Assembly (NCBI GenBank): GCA_934871445.1
Contig: CAKXBD010000001.1
Coordinates: 16,069-58,684, forward strand
Direction of reading: 5' to 3'
Source: an uncultured bacterium
GTDB lineage: Bacteria > Bacillota > Clostridia > Christensenellales > Borkfalkiaceae
Length of the DNA stretch: 42,616 bases
Numbering within the stretch: position 1 is the stretch's first letter; every line of letters begins with the position of its first letter. The position numbers and the translations under genes are program-made. Positions 1-9,981 of this stretch are shown piece after piece. The notes under the pieces were generated by a model. The model saw only the letters and a list, made by a program, of their open reading frames with translations, was not told where the DNA came from and ran no database searches.

Positions 1-170
1 TCCTCGAAAATCCGAAGATTGGCGATTTTCTTCGCGAGATATTCCGCCTGCGCTTCCCCGTCCCCCGTCCGAATCCCGAAAAATACGACCAGACCGAAGG
101 GAATCTCGGAAACGAGCCTTTCGTCCACCCGCAAGGCGGCACCCTTTACCCGCTGCACTACCGCTTTCAT
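1..170 (-). CDS. dtd: D-aminoacyl-tRNA deacylase, N-terminal part (3' end runs off the window)
   Basis: Not in the ORF track because it leaves the left edge. Minus-strand ATG at 168-170 follows a GGAGG. My translation, MKAVVQRVKGAALRVDERLVSEIPFGLVVFFGIRTGDGEAQAEYLAKKIANLRIFE, matches the conserved Dtd N-terminus (M-x-AVVQRV ... KIxNLRIFED). Confidence 0.8.
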   Translation of the reverse strand, partial: MKAVVQRVKGAALRVDERLVSEIPFGLVVFFGIRTGDGEAQAEYLAKKIANLRIFE

Positions 171-235
171 GAAAAATGTCCTCCGAAAAAATATGACAAA
201 ACGCAGGATAAGAAAAAATTTCCGATCCTGCATTT

Positions 236-264
236 CAAAAACGCTGTTCAATTGAACGACAGGC
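236..264 (-). terminator. Probable intrinsic terminator after efp
   Basis: Minus strand reads GCCTGTCGTTCAA/TTGAACAGC, an imperfect hairpin with a 2-nt bulge, followed by GTTTTTG. It starts about 10 nt after the efp stop. Confidence 0.5.
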
Positions 265-272
265 GGGGAGAG

Positions 273-836
273 TTATACCCTGCTCATGTATTCGCCCGTT
301 CTGGTGTCGATACGAATGGTTTCGCCCTCGTTGACGAACATGGGCACCTGAATAATGGCGCCCGTCTCCACCTTGGCATTCTTCATGACGTTGGTGGCGG
401 TGTTGCCCTTTACGCCCGGTTCCGCTTCGATGACTTTGAGTTCGACAAAGTTTTCGGGCTCGACGGAGAAGGCGTTGCCATAGAGGAATTTCACCGTGAC
501 GACGTCGTTTTCCTTGATATATTTGAGCGCGTCCTCCACCTGGTCGTGCGTAAGCATCGTCTGATTGTATTCCTCGTCCATGAACACGTAAAATTCGCCG
601 TCGAAATAGGAATACGTCATCTTCTTGGTCTCCACCTGAACGGTTTCGAGCTTCGCGGTAGGGTTGAAGGTCTGATCGGAAAGAACCTGTCCCGTCACGA
701 CATTTTTAAGCGTCGTTCTGACGAACGCCGCGCCCTTGCCGGGCTTTACGTGCTGGAAATCGGTAACGGTATAAACGCCGCTCTTGAATTCAAACGTGAC
801 GCCCTTTCTGATATCGCCTGCTAACATCTGTGCCAT
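273..836 (-). CDS. efp: Translation elongation factor P
   Basis: 187 aa. Full-length EF-P pattern ([15 protein letters not shown] loop, [13 protein letters not shown] near the C-terminus). AAGGAG RBS upstream of the ATG. Confidence 0.97.
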   Translation of the reverse strand: MAQMLAGDIRKGVTFEFKSGVYTVTDFQHVKPGKGAAFVRTTLKNVVTGQVLSDQTFNPTAKLETVQVETKKMTYSYFDGEFYVFMDEEYNQTMLTHDQVEDALKYIKENDVVTVKFLYGNAFSVEPENFVELKVIEAEPGVKGNTATNVMKNAKVETGAIIQVPMFVNEGETIRIDTRTGEYMSRV

Positions 837-889
837 ATAATTTTTTCTCCTTCTTAATCTTAAAAAACTTTATCTTTGTCCCGCTTTCC

Positions 890-1951
890 TCACAGGATCA
901 CGAGATTTCTGTCCGTCTTGTGCATAAAACTTACGACGCTTCCGCCCTTCAAGGTAATCGTATCCTCTATGCGGATTCCGTATTCGCCCGCGAGATAAAC
1001 GCCCGGCTCGTCCGAAAACACCATTCCGTCCCGGAGTACGTCCTCCCCGCCCCTTCTCACGAAGGGAAATTCGTGGATATTCAAGCCGATTCCGTGACCC
1101 AGGGAATGGGTGAAATACTTCCCATAGCCCTTCGATTCGAGATAGTTTCGCGCGATCGCGTCTCCGTCTCCTCCCGTCATGCCCGCCTTCAATTTCTCTT
1201 TCACGAGCTCATGCGCGGCGAGGACGGCCGCATACGCCTTTTTGAACTCCGCATGCTTTCCGTCGTCCCCGAAAAGGAAAGTCCGCGTGATGTCCGAACA
1301 ATATCCGTCCACCTTACAGCCGAAGTCGATGAGAATTTCATCTCCGAATCTGAGCTTCGTATCCCCCGTCACGTGATGCGGAACGGCCGCATGCGCGCCG
1401 AACGCCACGATCGTGTCGAAAGAGGTGCTGTACGCGCCCAAAGTGCGCATATTGTATTCGAGGAGCGCCGCGACCTCGGATTCCGTCATGCCCTCTTTGA
1501 TTTCGGGCAGGAGCTTCAAAAAGCCCTCCTCCGCTATATCGCAGGCGCGGGCGATATTTTTAAGTTCCCATTCGTTCTTGATCGCCATACAGCTGCGGAA
1601 CGCGGGCGAGGAATCGACGAGCGTCAATCCCATATCCGAGAGCTTTTTATATTCGGGATAAAACGTCTCTTCAAAGGCAATCCCGACGGTCTTGTACTTT
1701 TTCAGAAGCTCTGCCGGAGTATTTGAAAAACGGTCCATTTCCTTTACGCGCACTTCCGTACTCTTTAACAATTTTTCCGCCGCCTCGGTATAGCGGGCGT
1801 CGGTATACAGCGTCGTGCCGTCCTTATCCGTGAGGACGAATCCGCCCTCCGTCAAAAATCCCGTAATATATCGTTTGAGATATTCACAGGTAGTGAATAC
1901 GGCGTCCGCGCCGACTGCATCGAAAATCTTTTTTCCGTTCGTTTCAACCAT
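890..1951 (-). CDS. M24-family Xaa-Pro aminopeptidase/dipeptidase
   Basis: 353 aa. Creatinase-like N-domain plus pita-bread fold with metal-ligand motifs (DFGCKVDGYCSDITRT, HSLGHGIGLNIHE, SDEPG, IRIED). The peptidase-efp order is as in Bacillus yqhT-efp. Confidence 0.92.
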   Translation of the reverse strand: MVETNGKKIFDAVGADAVFTTCEYLKRYITGFLTEGGFVLTDKDGTTLYTDARYTEAAEKLLKSTEVRVKEMDRFSNTPAELLKKYKTVGIAFEETFYPEYKKLSDMGLTLVDSSPAFRSCMAIKNEWELKNIARACDIAEEGFLKLLPEIKEGMTESEVAALLEYNMRTLGAYSTSFDTIVAFGAHAAVPHHVTGDTKLRFGDEILIDFGCKVDGYCSDITRTFLFGDDGKHAEFKKAYAAVLAAHELVKEKLKAGMTGGDGDAIARNYLESKGYGKYFTHSLGHGIGLNIHEFPFVRRGGEDVLRDGMVFSDEPGVYLAGEYGIRIEDTITLKGGSVVSFMHKTDRNLVIL

Positions 1952-1972
1952 AATTTAAGCCTCGTTTCCTAT

Positions 1973-2001
1973 ATTGTAGCAAAAAAATCCCATTTCGTCA
2001 A
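1973..2001 (-). promoter_or_regulatory. Sigma-A-type promoter for the peptidase-efp operon
   Basis: Minus strand: TTGACG, 17 nt, TACAAT, with TGC immediately upstream (extended -10). About 20 nt upstream of the GAGG RBS. Confidence 0.6.
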
Positions 2002-2028
2002 CCGTACACGAAAAGCGATTGTAAATTA

Positions 2029-2511
2029 TTATAAATTTTTTTCGTCACCTTTCATCTCTGCCGAATGTTTTCTGACGAGAAATACAGCGCCTTCGACGAA
2101 ACAAACGATCGAAAAAAGAAGCGCCGACGAGGGAACGACAACAAAGGGAAACGTAAACGGTGCCGAACGGGTGATGAACAACCATGCCGAAAGTGATCCG
2201 CCCGCGAGCAAAAGGCCTCCGAAAATGAAAGGAACAGGCCACAGGGAAAAAGATTTCATCTGCTTTGTAAGTTCTAAGACAAGCCATGCTCCTTCCCCAA
2301 AAAGGCACACGAAGCTCAAAAGCATTCCACCCGTTATAATTTCAAAATTCGCTTCTGCTTCCGCCTCCGTCATATCACTCCACATGGTCAACCCCTGCGT
2401 TAAAAACATAAGGGCAAAAATAGCCGTCGAAAAGACTATTCCCGCAAAAGCCACAAATTCGAAAACGTATGCAATCTTAAATCCTTTCTTTTTCTTCATA
2501 GCCACCCTCAT
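2029..2511 (-). CDS. Hypothetical polytopic membrane protein
   Basis: 160 aa with 4-5 hydrophobic segments and no recognisable family. Start could be 2511 (AAGGGGA RBS) or the in-frame ATG at 2499 (GAGG RBS). Confidence 0.7.
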   Translation of the reverse strand: MRVAMKKKKGFKIAYVFEFVAFAGIVFSTAIFALMFLTQGLTMWSDMTEAEAEANFEIITGGMLLSFVCLFGEGAWLVLELTKQMKSFSLWPVPFIFGGLLLAGGSLSAWLFITRSAPFTFPFVVVPSSALLFSIVCFVEGAVFLVRKHSAEMKGDEKNL

Positions 2512-2528
2512 CTTTTCCCCTTTCCCGT

Positions 2529-3386
2529 TTACAAGCCGTTATAAATGCGCTTCATTTCCGCGGCGTCCTCCGCCTGCGTGCCCGCGGATTCGCTGACGAT
2601 GTAGGGTTCCAGCTTCAATTCCTTCAAAGCCACGGCGAGGGGATAGAATTCGGGGCCGTAGACGGTATCCTCGAACGTGAGATGTTTCACCTCGCCCTTC
2701 GACGAGTACATGATTTTGGAAAAATGCGCGTGGAAATGCTTCATGCGCTCATAGCCGAGCTCCTCCACCATATAGGAAAGACGGGAGAGATAATCCTCCG
2801 CAGTCTTTAAGGAACCCTGTTCCCGCGCGTTGATGTGCCCGAAATCGACGCACGGGGTATAGACGGGGTCGATTTTGCAGAAGCGGACGATTTCTTCCAC
2901 TGTGCCGATCTGCGCGATTTTTCCCATCGTTTCGGGACAGAATTTCAGGTCTTGCATATCGTTGAGATAGATGTAGTCCCTGAGGATTTTCAGCCTGTCC
3001 TCCGTCTTTTGAACGGCCGCCTCGCGCTCCGCCTTGCCCTGCGCCGCGGGATGAAAGACGATGCGTCCCCCCCCCATCAGTTTTACCATTTTTCCGCTGT
3101 CCAGAACGTAACCGTAAGACTTTGCCGCCATCTCGTCGTCGGGATTGGCAAAATTGACGAAATAGGGCGCATGAACGGACAGCTCTATCCCCTCCGCCTT
3201 AAAAGCCTCGCCGATAGAGATCGCCTTCTCCTCGCCCATGCGCACGCCCCGCCCGAAGGAATATTCAAAGCAGTCCAATCCGCGCGCTTTCACGAATGCC
3301 GCCGCCTCCTCCGTATGCGAAAATCCCGCCGCATAAAAACTTTCCGAATTGCCGCTCGGCCCGAATTTTATCATTGTCTTTAACAC
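2529..3386 (-). CDS. Xylose-isomerase-like TIM-barrel protein, endonuclease IV (AP endonuclease 2) family
   Basis: 285 aa. Has FGPSGNS...LSVHAPYFVNFANP...IVFHP...DFGH, resembling the Nfo-like TIM-barrel metal-ligand pattern. Substrate is unknown. Confidence 0.75.
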   Translation of the reverse strand: MLKTMIKFGPSGNSESFYAAGFSHTEEAAAFVKARGLDCFEYSFGRGVRMGEEKAISIGEAFKAEGIELSVHAPYFVNFANPDDEMAAKSYGYVLDSGKMVKLMGGGRIVFHPAAQGKAEREAAVQKTEDRLKILRDYIYLNDMQDLKFCPETMGKIAQIGTVEEIVRFCKIDPVYTPCVDFGHINAREQGSLKTAEDYLSRLSYMVEELGYERMKHFHAHFSKIMYSSKGEVKHLTFEDTVYGPEFYPLAVALKELKLEPYIVSESAGTQAEDAAEMKRIYNGL

Positions 3387-3456
3387 CTCTCAATATCCGA
3401 TTATTCTCGTATGTCGGACGGAATATTTTTTCTTCCCGTCCGTATCATTCCCGCGT

Positions 3457-4326
3457 TCAACGATTACTTCTCACTCGCTCTATATCCGATTCCAGCTGCC
3501 CTTTCAAGGCGTTCATGTCCTCAAACCTTTTGATCTCTCGAAGATACCTCAAAAAGCGCACCGTTATCGTCCTGCCGTATAAATCCCCGTCAAATCCGTC
3601 CAGATACGTCTCCGTCAGAACTCTCGCGTTGCCGAAGGTCGGACGGCTCCCGAAATTGGAAATGCCTTTATATTCCTTTCCGTCCACCTCCGCGGCAGCT
3701 TCGTATACGCCCTTCTTCAAAGCGAATTTCTCCTCGGGATAGAGAATATTCGCCGTCGGGAACCCCATGAGCCGCCCCACCTGCCTGTCCTTTACGACTT
3801 CTCCCTTCAAAAAGAACGGCTCGCCCAAAACTTTCGCCGCACGCGCGGCGTCGCCCTTCTCCAAAAGCTCTTTCACTAGCGAAGAACTCGCTTTTTCCCC
3901 GTCCACGCATACGAGCTTCAATATCTCGACGCTTACACGGGTAAGGTCTTTTATTTGTTCGGGAGTCCCCTCCGCGCCTTTTCCGAAGCGGAAATCCTCT
4001 CCGCAGACGAACGCGCGGGGAAAGAAAGCCTCCGTCAAAATCCGAACGAAATCGGCGGGCGGCAAGTCCCGAATTTCCGAAAAGGGAAGCTCGAATACAA
4101 AATCGACGGAGAGCGAACGGAAGATGTCCTCCCGCTCGGAAAAAGTAAAGAGGTTTTTCGTCCCTTTTCCGCCGCCGATCGTCATCGCCCCGACGGGCAA
4201 GCCGTATTCCCGCGCGCGGGAGATAAGTTTTCTGTGCCCGACGTGCGCTCCGTCGAAACCGCCGAGCAGCATGACGCACGGCGCGCCCGATTGATATTTT
4301 CCCGTCAAATTCACCGTTTTCAGCAT
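3457..4326 (-). CDS. ribF: Bifunctional riboflavin kinase / FMN adenylyltransferase
   Basis: 289 aa. Has GGFDGAHVGH (nucleotidyltransferase motif) and GFPTANI plus the C-terminal riboflavin kinase domain. Overlaps the truB stop by 7 nt (truB-ribF synteny). Confidence 0.93.
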   Translation of the reverse strand: MLKTVNLTGKYQSGAPCVMLLGGFDGAHVGHRKLISRAREYGLPVGAMTIGGGKGTKNLFTFSEREDIFRSLSVDFVFELPFSEIRDLPPADFVRILTEAFFPRAFVCGEDFRFGKGAEGTPEQIKDLTRVSVEILKLVCVDGEKASSSLVKELLEKGDAARAAKVLGEPFFLKGEVVKDRQVGRLMGFPTANILYPEEKFALKKGVYEAAAEVDGKEYKGISNFGSRPTFGNARVLTETYLDGFDGDLYGRTITVRFLRYLREIKRFEDMNALKGQLESDIERVRSNR

Positions 4327-5216
4327 AATTTCGTCTTTATCTTCGCCCTTTTATTTCTTACCTCGGCGATGCCGTAAAAAATTCCGTCCCGATAAATTTT
4401 ATATTCCCCGTCCGCATAATCGGTCGGAGCGGGAACTCCGCAAAAAATCTTTTCCGCCCGCGGGCAGGTCAAGACGATCGTCTCGTAAGGAAGCACGTTT
4501 TCCGTCGGGATGATCAACCCGTCGATATTCTCCTCCGCCAAAGCGTCGAAGGACACTGCCTCCTCTATTTTGAAATACCCGCTTTTCGTGCGCCTTAAAC
4601 CGCTCATCACGGCTTTCGTGCCGAGCTTTTCCGCAATATCCCGCGCCAGAGAACGGATATACGTCCCGCCGCCGCAGCGGATACGAAAACGAAATGCGTC
4701 CCCTTCCCCTCCGAGCAACGCCACCTCGTCGATGCGCACCTTTTTCGGTTCCAATTCAAACGGAATCCCCGCGCGGGCGAGGTCATACCCCCGCCGCCCG
4801 CCGACGTTCTTCGCGCTGTATTTGGGCGGAACCTGCATGATTTCCCCTTCAAAATCGGGTAAAATCTGCTCGATTTCCTCCGCCGTCGGAATCCGCCCGC
4901 CGCGGACGAGTTCCCCCGTGGAATCCAGCGTATCCGAATCTACCCCGAAGGTAAATTCCGCGATATACTCCTTTTGCTTGTTCAAAAAGTACTCAAAGAG
5001 CCTCGTCGCGTTCCCGATTCCCACGGGCAGGACGCCGCTCGCGAGCGGGTCGAGCGTTCCCATGTGTCCGCAGGGCTGCCCCGTCAGGCGTTTGATTCTG
5101 TTGACCACGGCCGACGAAGTCATGCCCGACGGTTTATCCACATTGAGAAAGCCCACCCTTTTCGCACCGCGCGCCGCAAGACAGGGCAAAGCTCTGTTTT
5201 CGTTTTCCGATTTCAA
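4320..5216 (-). CDS. truB: tRNA pseudouridine(55) synthase
   Basis: 298 aa. Has VDKPSGMTS and GHMGTLDPLASGVLPV (catalytic Asp motif). The track start is a TTG just after GAGGAGGG, which overlaps the pheT stop. An internal GTG at about 5156 would give the canonical N-terminal length. Confidence 0.93.
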   Translation of the reverse strand: MKSENENRALPCLAARGAKRVGFLNVDKPSGMTSSAVVNRIKRLTGQPCGHMGTLDPLASGVLPVGIGNATRLFEYFLNKQKEYIAEFTFGVDSDTLDSTGELVRGGRIPTAEEIEQILPDFEGEIMQVPPKYSAKNVGGRRGYDLARAGIPFELEPKKVRIDEVALLGGEGDAFRFRIRCGGGTYIRSLARDIAEKLGTKAVMSGLRRTKSGYFKIEEAVSFDALAEENIDGLIIPTENVLPYETIVLTCPRAEKIFCGVPAPTDYADGEYKIYRDGIFYGIAEVRNKRAKIKTKLC

Positions 5217-5226
5217 AGCTCCCTCC

Positions 5227-7665
5227 TCAGCGCAATTCTATGCCCAGACGGAATTTGAGGTCCGCAAGAATTTTCTTGACGAACCCGTCGAGCGTTTCGG
5301 GCGTAAACGCCTTTTCCGCGTCCGCCGCGGGCGTGAACGTCAGGGTGAACGCCATGCTCTTTTTGCCTGCGGGCACCTGTCCGCCGCGGTACACGTCGAA
5401 CAATTTCGCCTCCGTCACATACTTGCACGCGCGGAGCAATACCGCCTCCACCTCCGCGCAGGTGAACTTCTCGTCGGCAATCAGCGCGAGGTCGCGCCGC
5501 ACGGCGGGGAATTTCGGAAGATTGACGAACTTTATTCCGTTTTCCGCCTTGCCCTCCAAAAGCGCCAGATCGAGTTCGCCGAGATACACTTTTTTATCCA
5601 GCCCGAGCGCCTGCGCGATCGCGGGGTCGAGCTCTCCGAGAACGCCGACCTCCTCTCCGTCCGATAAAATTTTCGCGGAGATACCGGGGTGAAGATAGTT
5701 TTTTTGCGCGCGCTCATACGTAAATTTGAGCCCGAAGGCTTCGGCGAACGCCTCTGCCGCGCCCTTCAAATCGAAGAAATCGTACTTGTTTCCCCAAAGC
5801 CCCAAAACGAGATGTTTTCTCTCTTCGGGCTGTTTCGTGACGGGCAAGGCATCGGCGAGATAGACGTTCGCGATTTCAAACTCCTTTCCCTCGTCGTTGC
5901 CGCGGCGGATATTGCGCACGGCGTTTTGCAGCATGGACGGCGCGAGAAGAGTGCGCATGACGGAGAGTTCCTCCCCGATGGGATTGAGTATCCGAACGGC
6001 TCTGCGCTCGGGCGCGTCCTCAGAAAGTCTCAAAAGGTCGAAATCCTTGGGAGAATAGAAAGAATAAGTGCACGCTTCGTCGAAGCCTTGGATACAAAGG
6101 ACGTTTTTCATTCTCAGTTCCCGCTTCTGCGCGTCCGTGAGCCCGCCGCCCGTCACGCTCGCCCTTTCGAGGAAGGTGGGAACAATGTGCTCGTACCCGT
6201 ACATGCGAATGATTTCTTCCGCGAGGTCGGGATAACCGTCCACGTCGTCGCGGTAGCCGGGAATTTCCACTTTGAGTTCGTCCCCCTCTATGCTCGGTTT
6301 GAATTGCAGCCTCGAAAGGATATTTTTCACCTCGTCCGCGGGCACCTCTATGCCGAGCAGAGCGTTTATTTTTTTGAGGCTCGCCGTCATTTTCTTAGGA
6401 GTCAAATCCGCGGCGCAGCAATCGGAGGAAATGTCCGTGACCGTCCCGCACCCGAGCTCTTCGATGAGATGAAGAGCCCGCGCCATGCCCATTTGCGAAG
6501 TATATACGTCCACGCCCTTTTCAAAGCGGAAAGAGGAATCGGAGCTCTGCCCGAGCGAACGGGAAGTTCTCCGCACGTTATCGCGCGCGAACTTTGCGGC
6601 CTCAAAGAATACGTCCTTGGTCGAAGGTTTGATTTCGCTGTTCAACCCGCCCATGATCCCCGCGAGGGCGACGGGCTTTTTCCCGTCGCAGATGACGAGA
6701 TTTTCAGTGCAGAGAGTAAATTCCTTCTTGTCCAGCGTCGTGATTTTTTCGCCGTTTTCGGCGCGGCGGACGACGATTTTATTTCCCGAAATATCGGCGG
6801 CGTCGAATGCGTGCATGGGCTGCCCTATTTCGAGCAATACGAAATTGGTAATGTCCACGGCGGGGGAAATGGAGCGGATTCCCGACAGCGCCAGCCGCCG
6901 CCGCATCCATGCGGGCGACGTCCCGCCCTTTATGTTCTCCACGTAGTGCCCGATATAGCGCGGGCAGAGGTCGGGCGCCTGCACTTCTACGGTTATAGGC
7001 GTTTTTTTGCTCTTGTGTTCGGTATACGAGCAATCGGGCGCTTTCAAAGGCTTTTTGAGCACCGCCGCCACCTCGCGTGCGATACCGAATATACTCTGAC
7101 AATCGGGGCGGTTGGCAGTGACGGAAATATCGAAAATCCAGTCGTCCAGCCCGACGACTTTGCGAATATCCTCTCCGACGGGCGCGCTTTCGTCCAGAAC
7201 GAGCAAGCCGTCCACATCCGCGCCGGGATAAAAGTCGTCGTTGATGCCGAGCTCCTCGCCCGAACAGAGCATGCCGAAGGATTCCACGCCGCGAAGTTTT
7301 CCCTTCTTGATTTTTTTGACGCCCGAAGGATTTTTTTCGAGCGCCGCGGGATTGGTCTCCGCCACGGTAGAGTTATCGAGCGCGACGGGCGTCTTCATGC
7401 CCGCGAATACATTGGGCGCGCCCGTGACGATTTGGATTTCCCGACCGTATTCCTCGCCGCAATCCACGGCGCAAATTTGCATGTGGTCGCTGTCGGGATG
7501 AGGGACGACGGATTTTACCTGTCCCACGACCACGCGGTTTATTTTTTCGCCGAGATAAGAGAGCTCCTCTACCTCGAACCCGCAGGAAAAGAGCTTTTGG
7601 GCGAGCTCCTCCGCGGAAACGTCTATATCGACATAATCTTTCAGCCAGCTTAAAGGTGCTTTCAT
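5227..7665 (-). CDS. pheT: Phenylalanine--tRNA ligase beta subunit
   Basis: 812 aa with full PheT architecture: tRNA-binding OB N-domain, B3/4, B5, core and C-terminal FDX-ACB domain. Lies directly downstream of pheS. Confidence 0.97.
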   Translation of the reverse strand: MKAPLSWLKDYVDIDVSAEELAQKLFSCGFEVEELSYLGEKINRVVVGQVKSVVPHPDSDHMQICAVDCGEEYGREIQIVTGAPNVFAGMKTPVALDNSTVAETNPAALEKNPSGVKKIKKGKLRGVESFGMLCSGEELGINDDFYPGADVDGLLVLDESAPVGEDIRKVVGLDDWIFDISVTANRPDCQSIFGIAREVAAVLKKPLKAPDCSYTEHKSKKTPITVEVQAPDLCPRYIGHYVENIKGGTSPAWMRRRLALSGIRSISPAVDITNFVLLEIGQPMHAFDAADISGNKIVVRRAENGEKITTLDKKEFTLCTENLVICDGKKPVALAGIMGGLNSEIKPSTKDVFFEAAKFARDNVRRTSRSLGQSSDSSFRFEKGVDVYTSQMGMARALHLIEELGCGTVTDISSDCCAADLTPKKMTASLKKINALLGIEVPADEVKNILSRLQFKPSIEGDELKVEIPGYRDDVDGYPDLAEEIIRMYGYEHIVPTFLERASVTGGGLTDAQKRELRMKNVLCIQGFDEACTYSFYSPKDFDLLRLSEDAPERRAVRILNPIGEELSVMRTLLAPSMLQNAVRNIRRGNDEGKEFEIANVYLADALPVTKQPEERKHLVLGLWGNKYDFFDLKGAAEAFAEAFGLKFTYERAQKNYLHPGISAKILSDGEEVGVLGELDPAIAQALGLDKKVYLGELDLALLEGKAENGIKFVNLPKFPAVRRDLALIADEKFTCAEVEAVLLRACKYVTEAKLFDVYRGGQVPAGKKSMAFTLTFTPAADAEKAFTPETLDGFVKKILADLKFRLGIELR

Positions 7666-7680
7666 ATTCGTATCCTCCCG

Positions 7681-8694
7681 TCAATCCCTGAATTGCTTCA
7701 AGAAGCGCGTATCGTTTTCAAACAGCGCTTTGATGTTGTTGATGCCGTATTTGAGCATGGCGATTCTCTCTATGCCCATGCCGAAGGCGAAGCCCGTATA
7801 TACGTCGGGATCCACGCCGCAATTTTCGAGGACGCGGCGATTGACCATGCCCGCGCCGAGCACCTCTATCCAGCCCGTGCCCTTGCACAGCCGACAGCCC
7901 TTGCCTCCACATTCCGAGCAGCTCAGATCCACCTCTACGCTCGGTTCCGTGAAGGGGAAATACGAGGGGCGGAGCCGCACCTTCGTAGAGCTTGCGAACA
8001 TCTTTTTCGCGAACTCCGCCAGCATGCCCTGCAAGTCGCAGAGGGTAATCCCCTTGTCCACGACCAGCCCCTCCATCTGATGGAACATGGGCGAATGCGT
8101 GGCGTCGTCGTCCGAGCGGAACACCCGCCCGGGGGAGAGAATTTTAATCGGCGGCTTTTCCGTTTCCATGACGCGGATCTGCCCCGCAGAGGTCTGCGTG
8201 CGAAGGAGCAGCTTGTCCGCGAGATAGAAGGTATCCTGCATATCGCGGGCGGGGTGATCCTCGGGAGTATTGAGCGCGGTGAAATTATAGTAATCCGTTT
8301 CGATTTCGGGACCTTCAAAGACCTTGAAGCCCATGCCCGCGAAAATATCGATGAGCTGATTTTTCACGAGCGTGACGGGATGCAGAGCGCCCGCCTCGTA
8401 TTTTCTGCCGGGCATCGTGATGTCGATTTTTTCTTCCTCGTATTTTTTTTGAAGTTCCTTCTGCCGAACAATGACGGCACGTTCCTCGAATTTCTGCTCC
8501 ATGCCCTCCTTAAATTCGTTGACTACTTTTCCGAACACGGGGCGTTCCTCTTTGGGGAGATCCCGCATGCCGCTCATAATCGATTTGAGCTCCGCCTGAA
8601 ATTTGAGTTTGAGCTCGTAAAGAGCCCTGCCCGTTTCCGTCGCCTGTATGGCGGAATCGATTTTCGCCTTCAAAGCCTCGATTTTTTCCTTCAT
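7681..8694 (-). CDS. pheS: Phenylalanine--tRNA ligase alpha subunit
   Basis: The real start is the ATG at 8692-8694 ([11 protein letters not shown]..., GGAGG RBS), giving 338 aa. Class II motifs are present ([23 protein letters not shown]). The 417-aa track ORF extends spuriously into the T-box leader. Confidence 0.95.
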   Translation of the reverse strand: MKEKIEALKAKIDSAIQATETGRALYELKLKFQAELKSIMSGMRDLPKEERPVFGKVVNEFKEGMEQKFEERAVIVRQKELQKKYEEEKIDITMPGRKYEAGALHPVTLVKNQLIDIFAGMGFKVFEGPEIETDYYNFTALNTPEDHPARDMQDTFYLADKLLLRTQTSAGQIRVMETEKPPIKILSPGRVFRSDDDATHSPMFHQMEGLVVDKGITLCDLQGMLAEFAKKMFASSTKVRLRPSYFPFTEPSVEVDLSCSECGGKGCRLCKGTGWIEVLGAGMVNRRVLENCGVDPDVYTGFAFGMGIERIAMLKYGINNIKALFENDTRFLKQFRD

Positions 8695-8744
8695 ATCCGT
8701 TCCTCCGAATATTGTTTTTTTCAATTTTCGCAAAGCGTTCCGAC

Positions 8745-8785
8745 AAATCAAAACGCCCTGCGCGCCGAAAAGGGCGCGCAGGGCG
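8745..8785 (-). terminator. T-box terminator hairpin
   Basis: CGCCCTGCGCGCC-CTTTTC-GGCGCGCAGGGCG (13-bp stem) followed by TTTTGATTT, about 50 nt upstream of the pheS ATG. Confidence 0.85.
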
Positions 8786-9012
8786 AAATATCCGCGGTAC
8801 CACCTGCATTCGCGCGGGACGTTTCCCACGCCTTGTTTATCCGCTGTAACGCGCGGAACGCGGCGCCGACTACTTTTCCGCCTCAAAGACGGAGTTCCCC
8901 GGCGAAGCTCCAAAGAGAAAGGGAATTTCGGCAACCGCCCCCGCCTTTCAGCCTGCGGACGGAGGTCTCTTTTTCGGCGCGAGCCGGATTTCCCGCTTTT
9001 TCATCGCTTCTT
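8745..9012 (-). promoter_or_regulatory. T-box riboswitch leader of pheST
   Basis: Minus strand carries the hallmark T-box AATGCAGGTGGTACCGCGG (8791-8810), whose 3' half can pair with the 5' arm of the terminator. GCGATGA (GA/K-turn) and AGAGA elements lie near the 5' end. UUC triplets are present in the Stem-I 3' region (GAAAUUCC, AGCUUCGC). Confidence 0.85.
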
Positions 9013-9019
9013 TGCTTGT

Positions 9020-9048
9020 ATTATATCCTTTCCCGAAAAAAAAGTCAA
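9020..9048 (-). promoter_or_regulatory. Sigma-A promoter of the pheST leader
   Basis: Minus strand: TTGACT, 17 nt, TATAAT. The -35 overlaps the stop codon of the upstream membrane-protein gene. Confidence 0.7.
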
Positions 9049-9965
9049 CCGTTTTTGCGGGCCTTCCGTTTTTTCTCCTTTTCCTCCGCCCGCGAGATTT
9101 CCTTTTTCATGCGCGCATACGCGGCGGACAATTCCTCCTCGGACATGCTCTCGACGTTTTCTTTGACGTATTCGGGAATTTTTTTATAGGACATCAGCCG
9201 TTTTCCTTCAAACCAATGGGGCTTGAATTTCAGACATACGAGCACTACGCCGCAGATAATCGCCGCGCCGACGATATTCACCAGCATATCCATCATGCTG
9301 TCGGTAAGTCCGCTGCCGCGCACGACGTTCGTCACGTAAGTTCCGTCGCCGTTGTCCGCGATGATTCCGTCCTGCCAGCGCTGCATATTCGGCCCGTTCA
9401 ATCCCGCTATCTTATAGCCGATGCTGTCCACGGCGTATTCGATGAGTTCCCAAATATATTCTATCGACAGCGCGAAACAGAAGCTGAACAGAACGATAAA
9501 GAAGGGGGACAGCTTTACCTTTTTGCTTTTGAGATTGGTAAACGACAGGACGACGGAGAACCCGATAAAGGCGATAATCGCGCCGCCCGTCGTGTGCAGA
9601 ATTTTGTCGAACAGGATATAATGGTCGTAAAAGCGGTAAATCTCTCCTAAAACGAAATGAATGAAAATGAAGAGATATACGATGACCGCAATAAAATCGG
9701 GTATGCGCACTTTTAGCTTTTTTTGAAAGAATACGGGGATATTCAGGCAGACGAGCGCAAGGACGCACATCTGTATCTGATTGAGATACGTTTCCAGCAT
9801 CTCCCCCGAACCGAGAATACACTTCACGAGAGAGTATACCGCCGAAGCGGCGACCAAAATCGTCAAAACCTGAATAATCCAATAAAGCGCCGTATTGCCT
9901 TTATGCTGTTTCAAAAGTTTCTGCGTCCTGTAATCGATGAGTTCCCTTTTTTGTTCTTCCGTCAT
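9045..9965 (-). CDS. Polytopic membrane protein with Lys/Glu-rich C-terminal tail (possibly DUF2238/YjdF-like)
   Basis: 306 aa, about 6 TM segments. FDKILHTTGG and IWELIEY recall DUF2238, but this is a weak memory-based call. GGGAGGA RBS. Confidence 0.8.
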   Translation of the reverse strand: MTEEQKRELIDYRTQKLLKQHKGNTALYWIIQVLTILVAASAVYSLVKCILGSGEMLETYLNQIQMCVLALVCLNIPVFFQKKLKVRIPDFIAVIVYLFIFIHFVLGEIYRFYDHYILFDKILHTTGGAIIAFIGFSVVLSFTNLKSKKVKLSPFFIVLFSFCFALSIEYIWELIEYAVDSIGYKIAGLNGPNMQRWQDGIIADNGDGTYVTNVVRGSGLTDSMMDMLVNIVGAAIICGVVLVCLKFKPHWFEGKRLMSYKKIPEYVKENVESMSEEELSAAYARMKKEISRAEEKEKKRKARKNG

Positions 9966-9981
9966 GCGTCCTCCCGAAAAT

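Noticed and set aside
5689-7653. Very long antisense ORFs opposite real genes. Examples: 654 aa opposite pheT, 574 aa at 17002-18726, 498 aa at 7693-9189, 474 aa at 24118-25542, 465 aa at 20133-21530 and 457 aa at 22553-23926.
   Set aside because: Every one I checked is in the codon-aligned antisense register: the start coordinate has the same value mod 3 as the sense gene boundary. This is expected when the sense genes avoid TTA, CTA and TCA codons. Their products are Arg/Gly/Phe-rich low-complexity sequences. They have no RBS and they run straight through intergenic regions and the T-box. They are compositional shadows, not genes.
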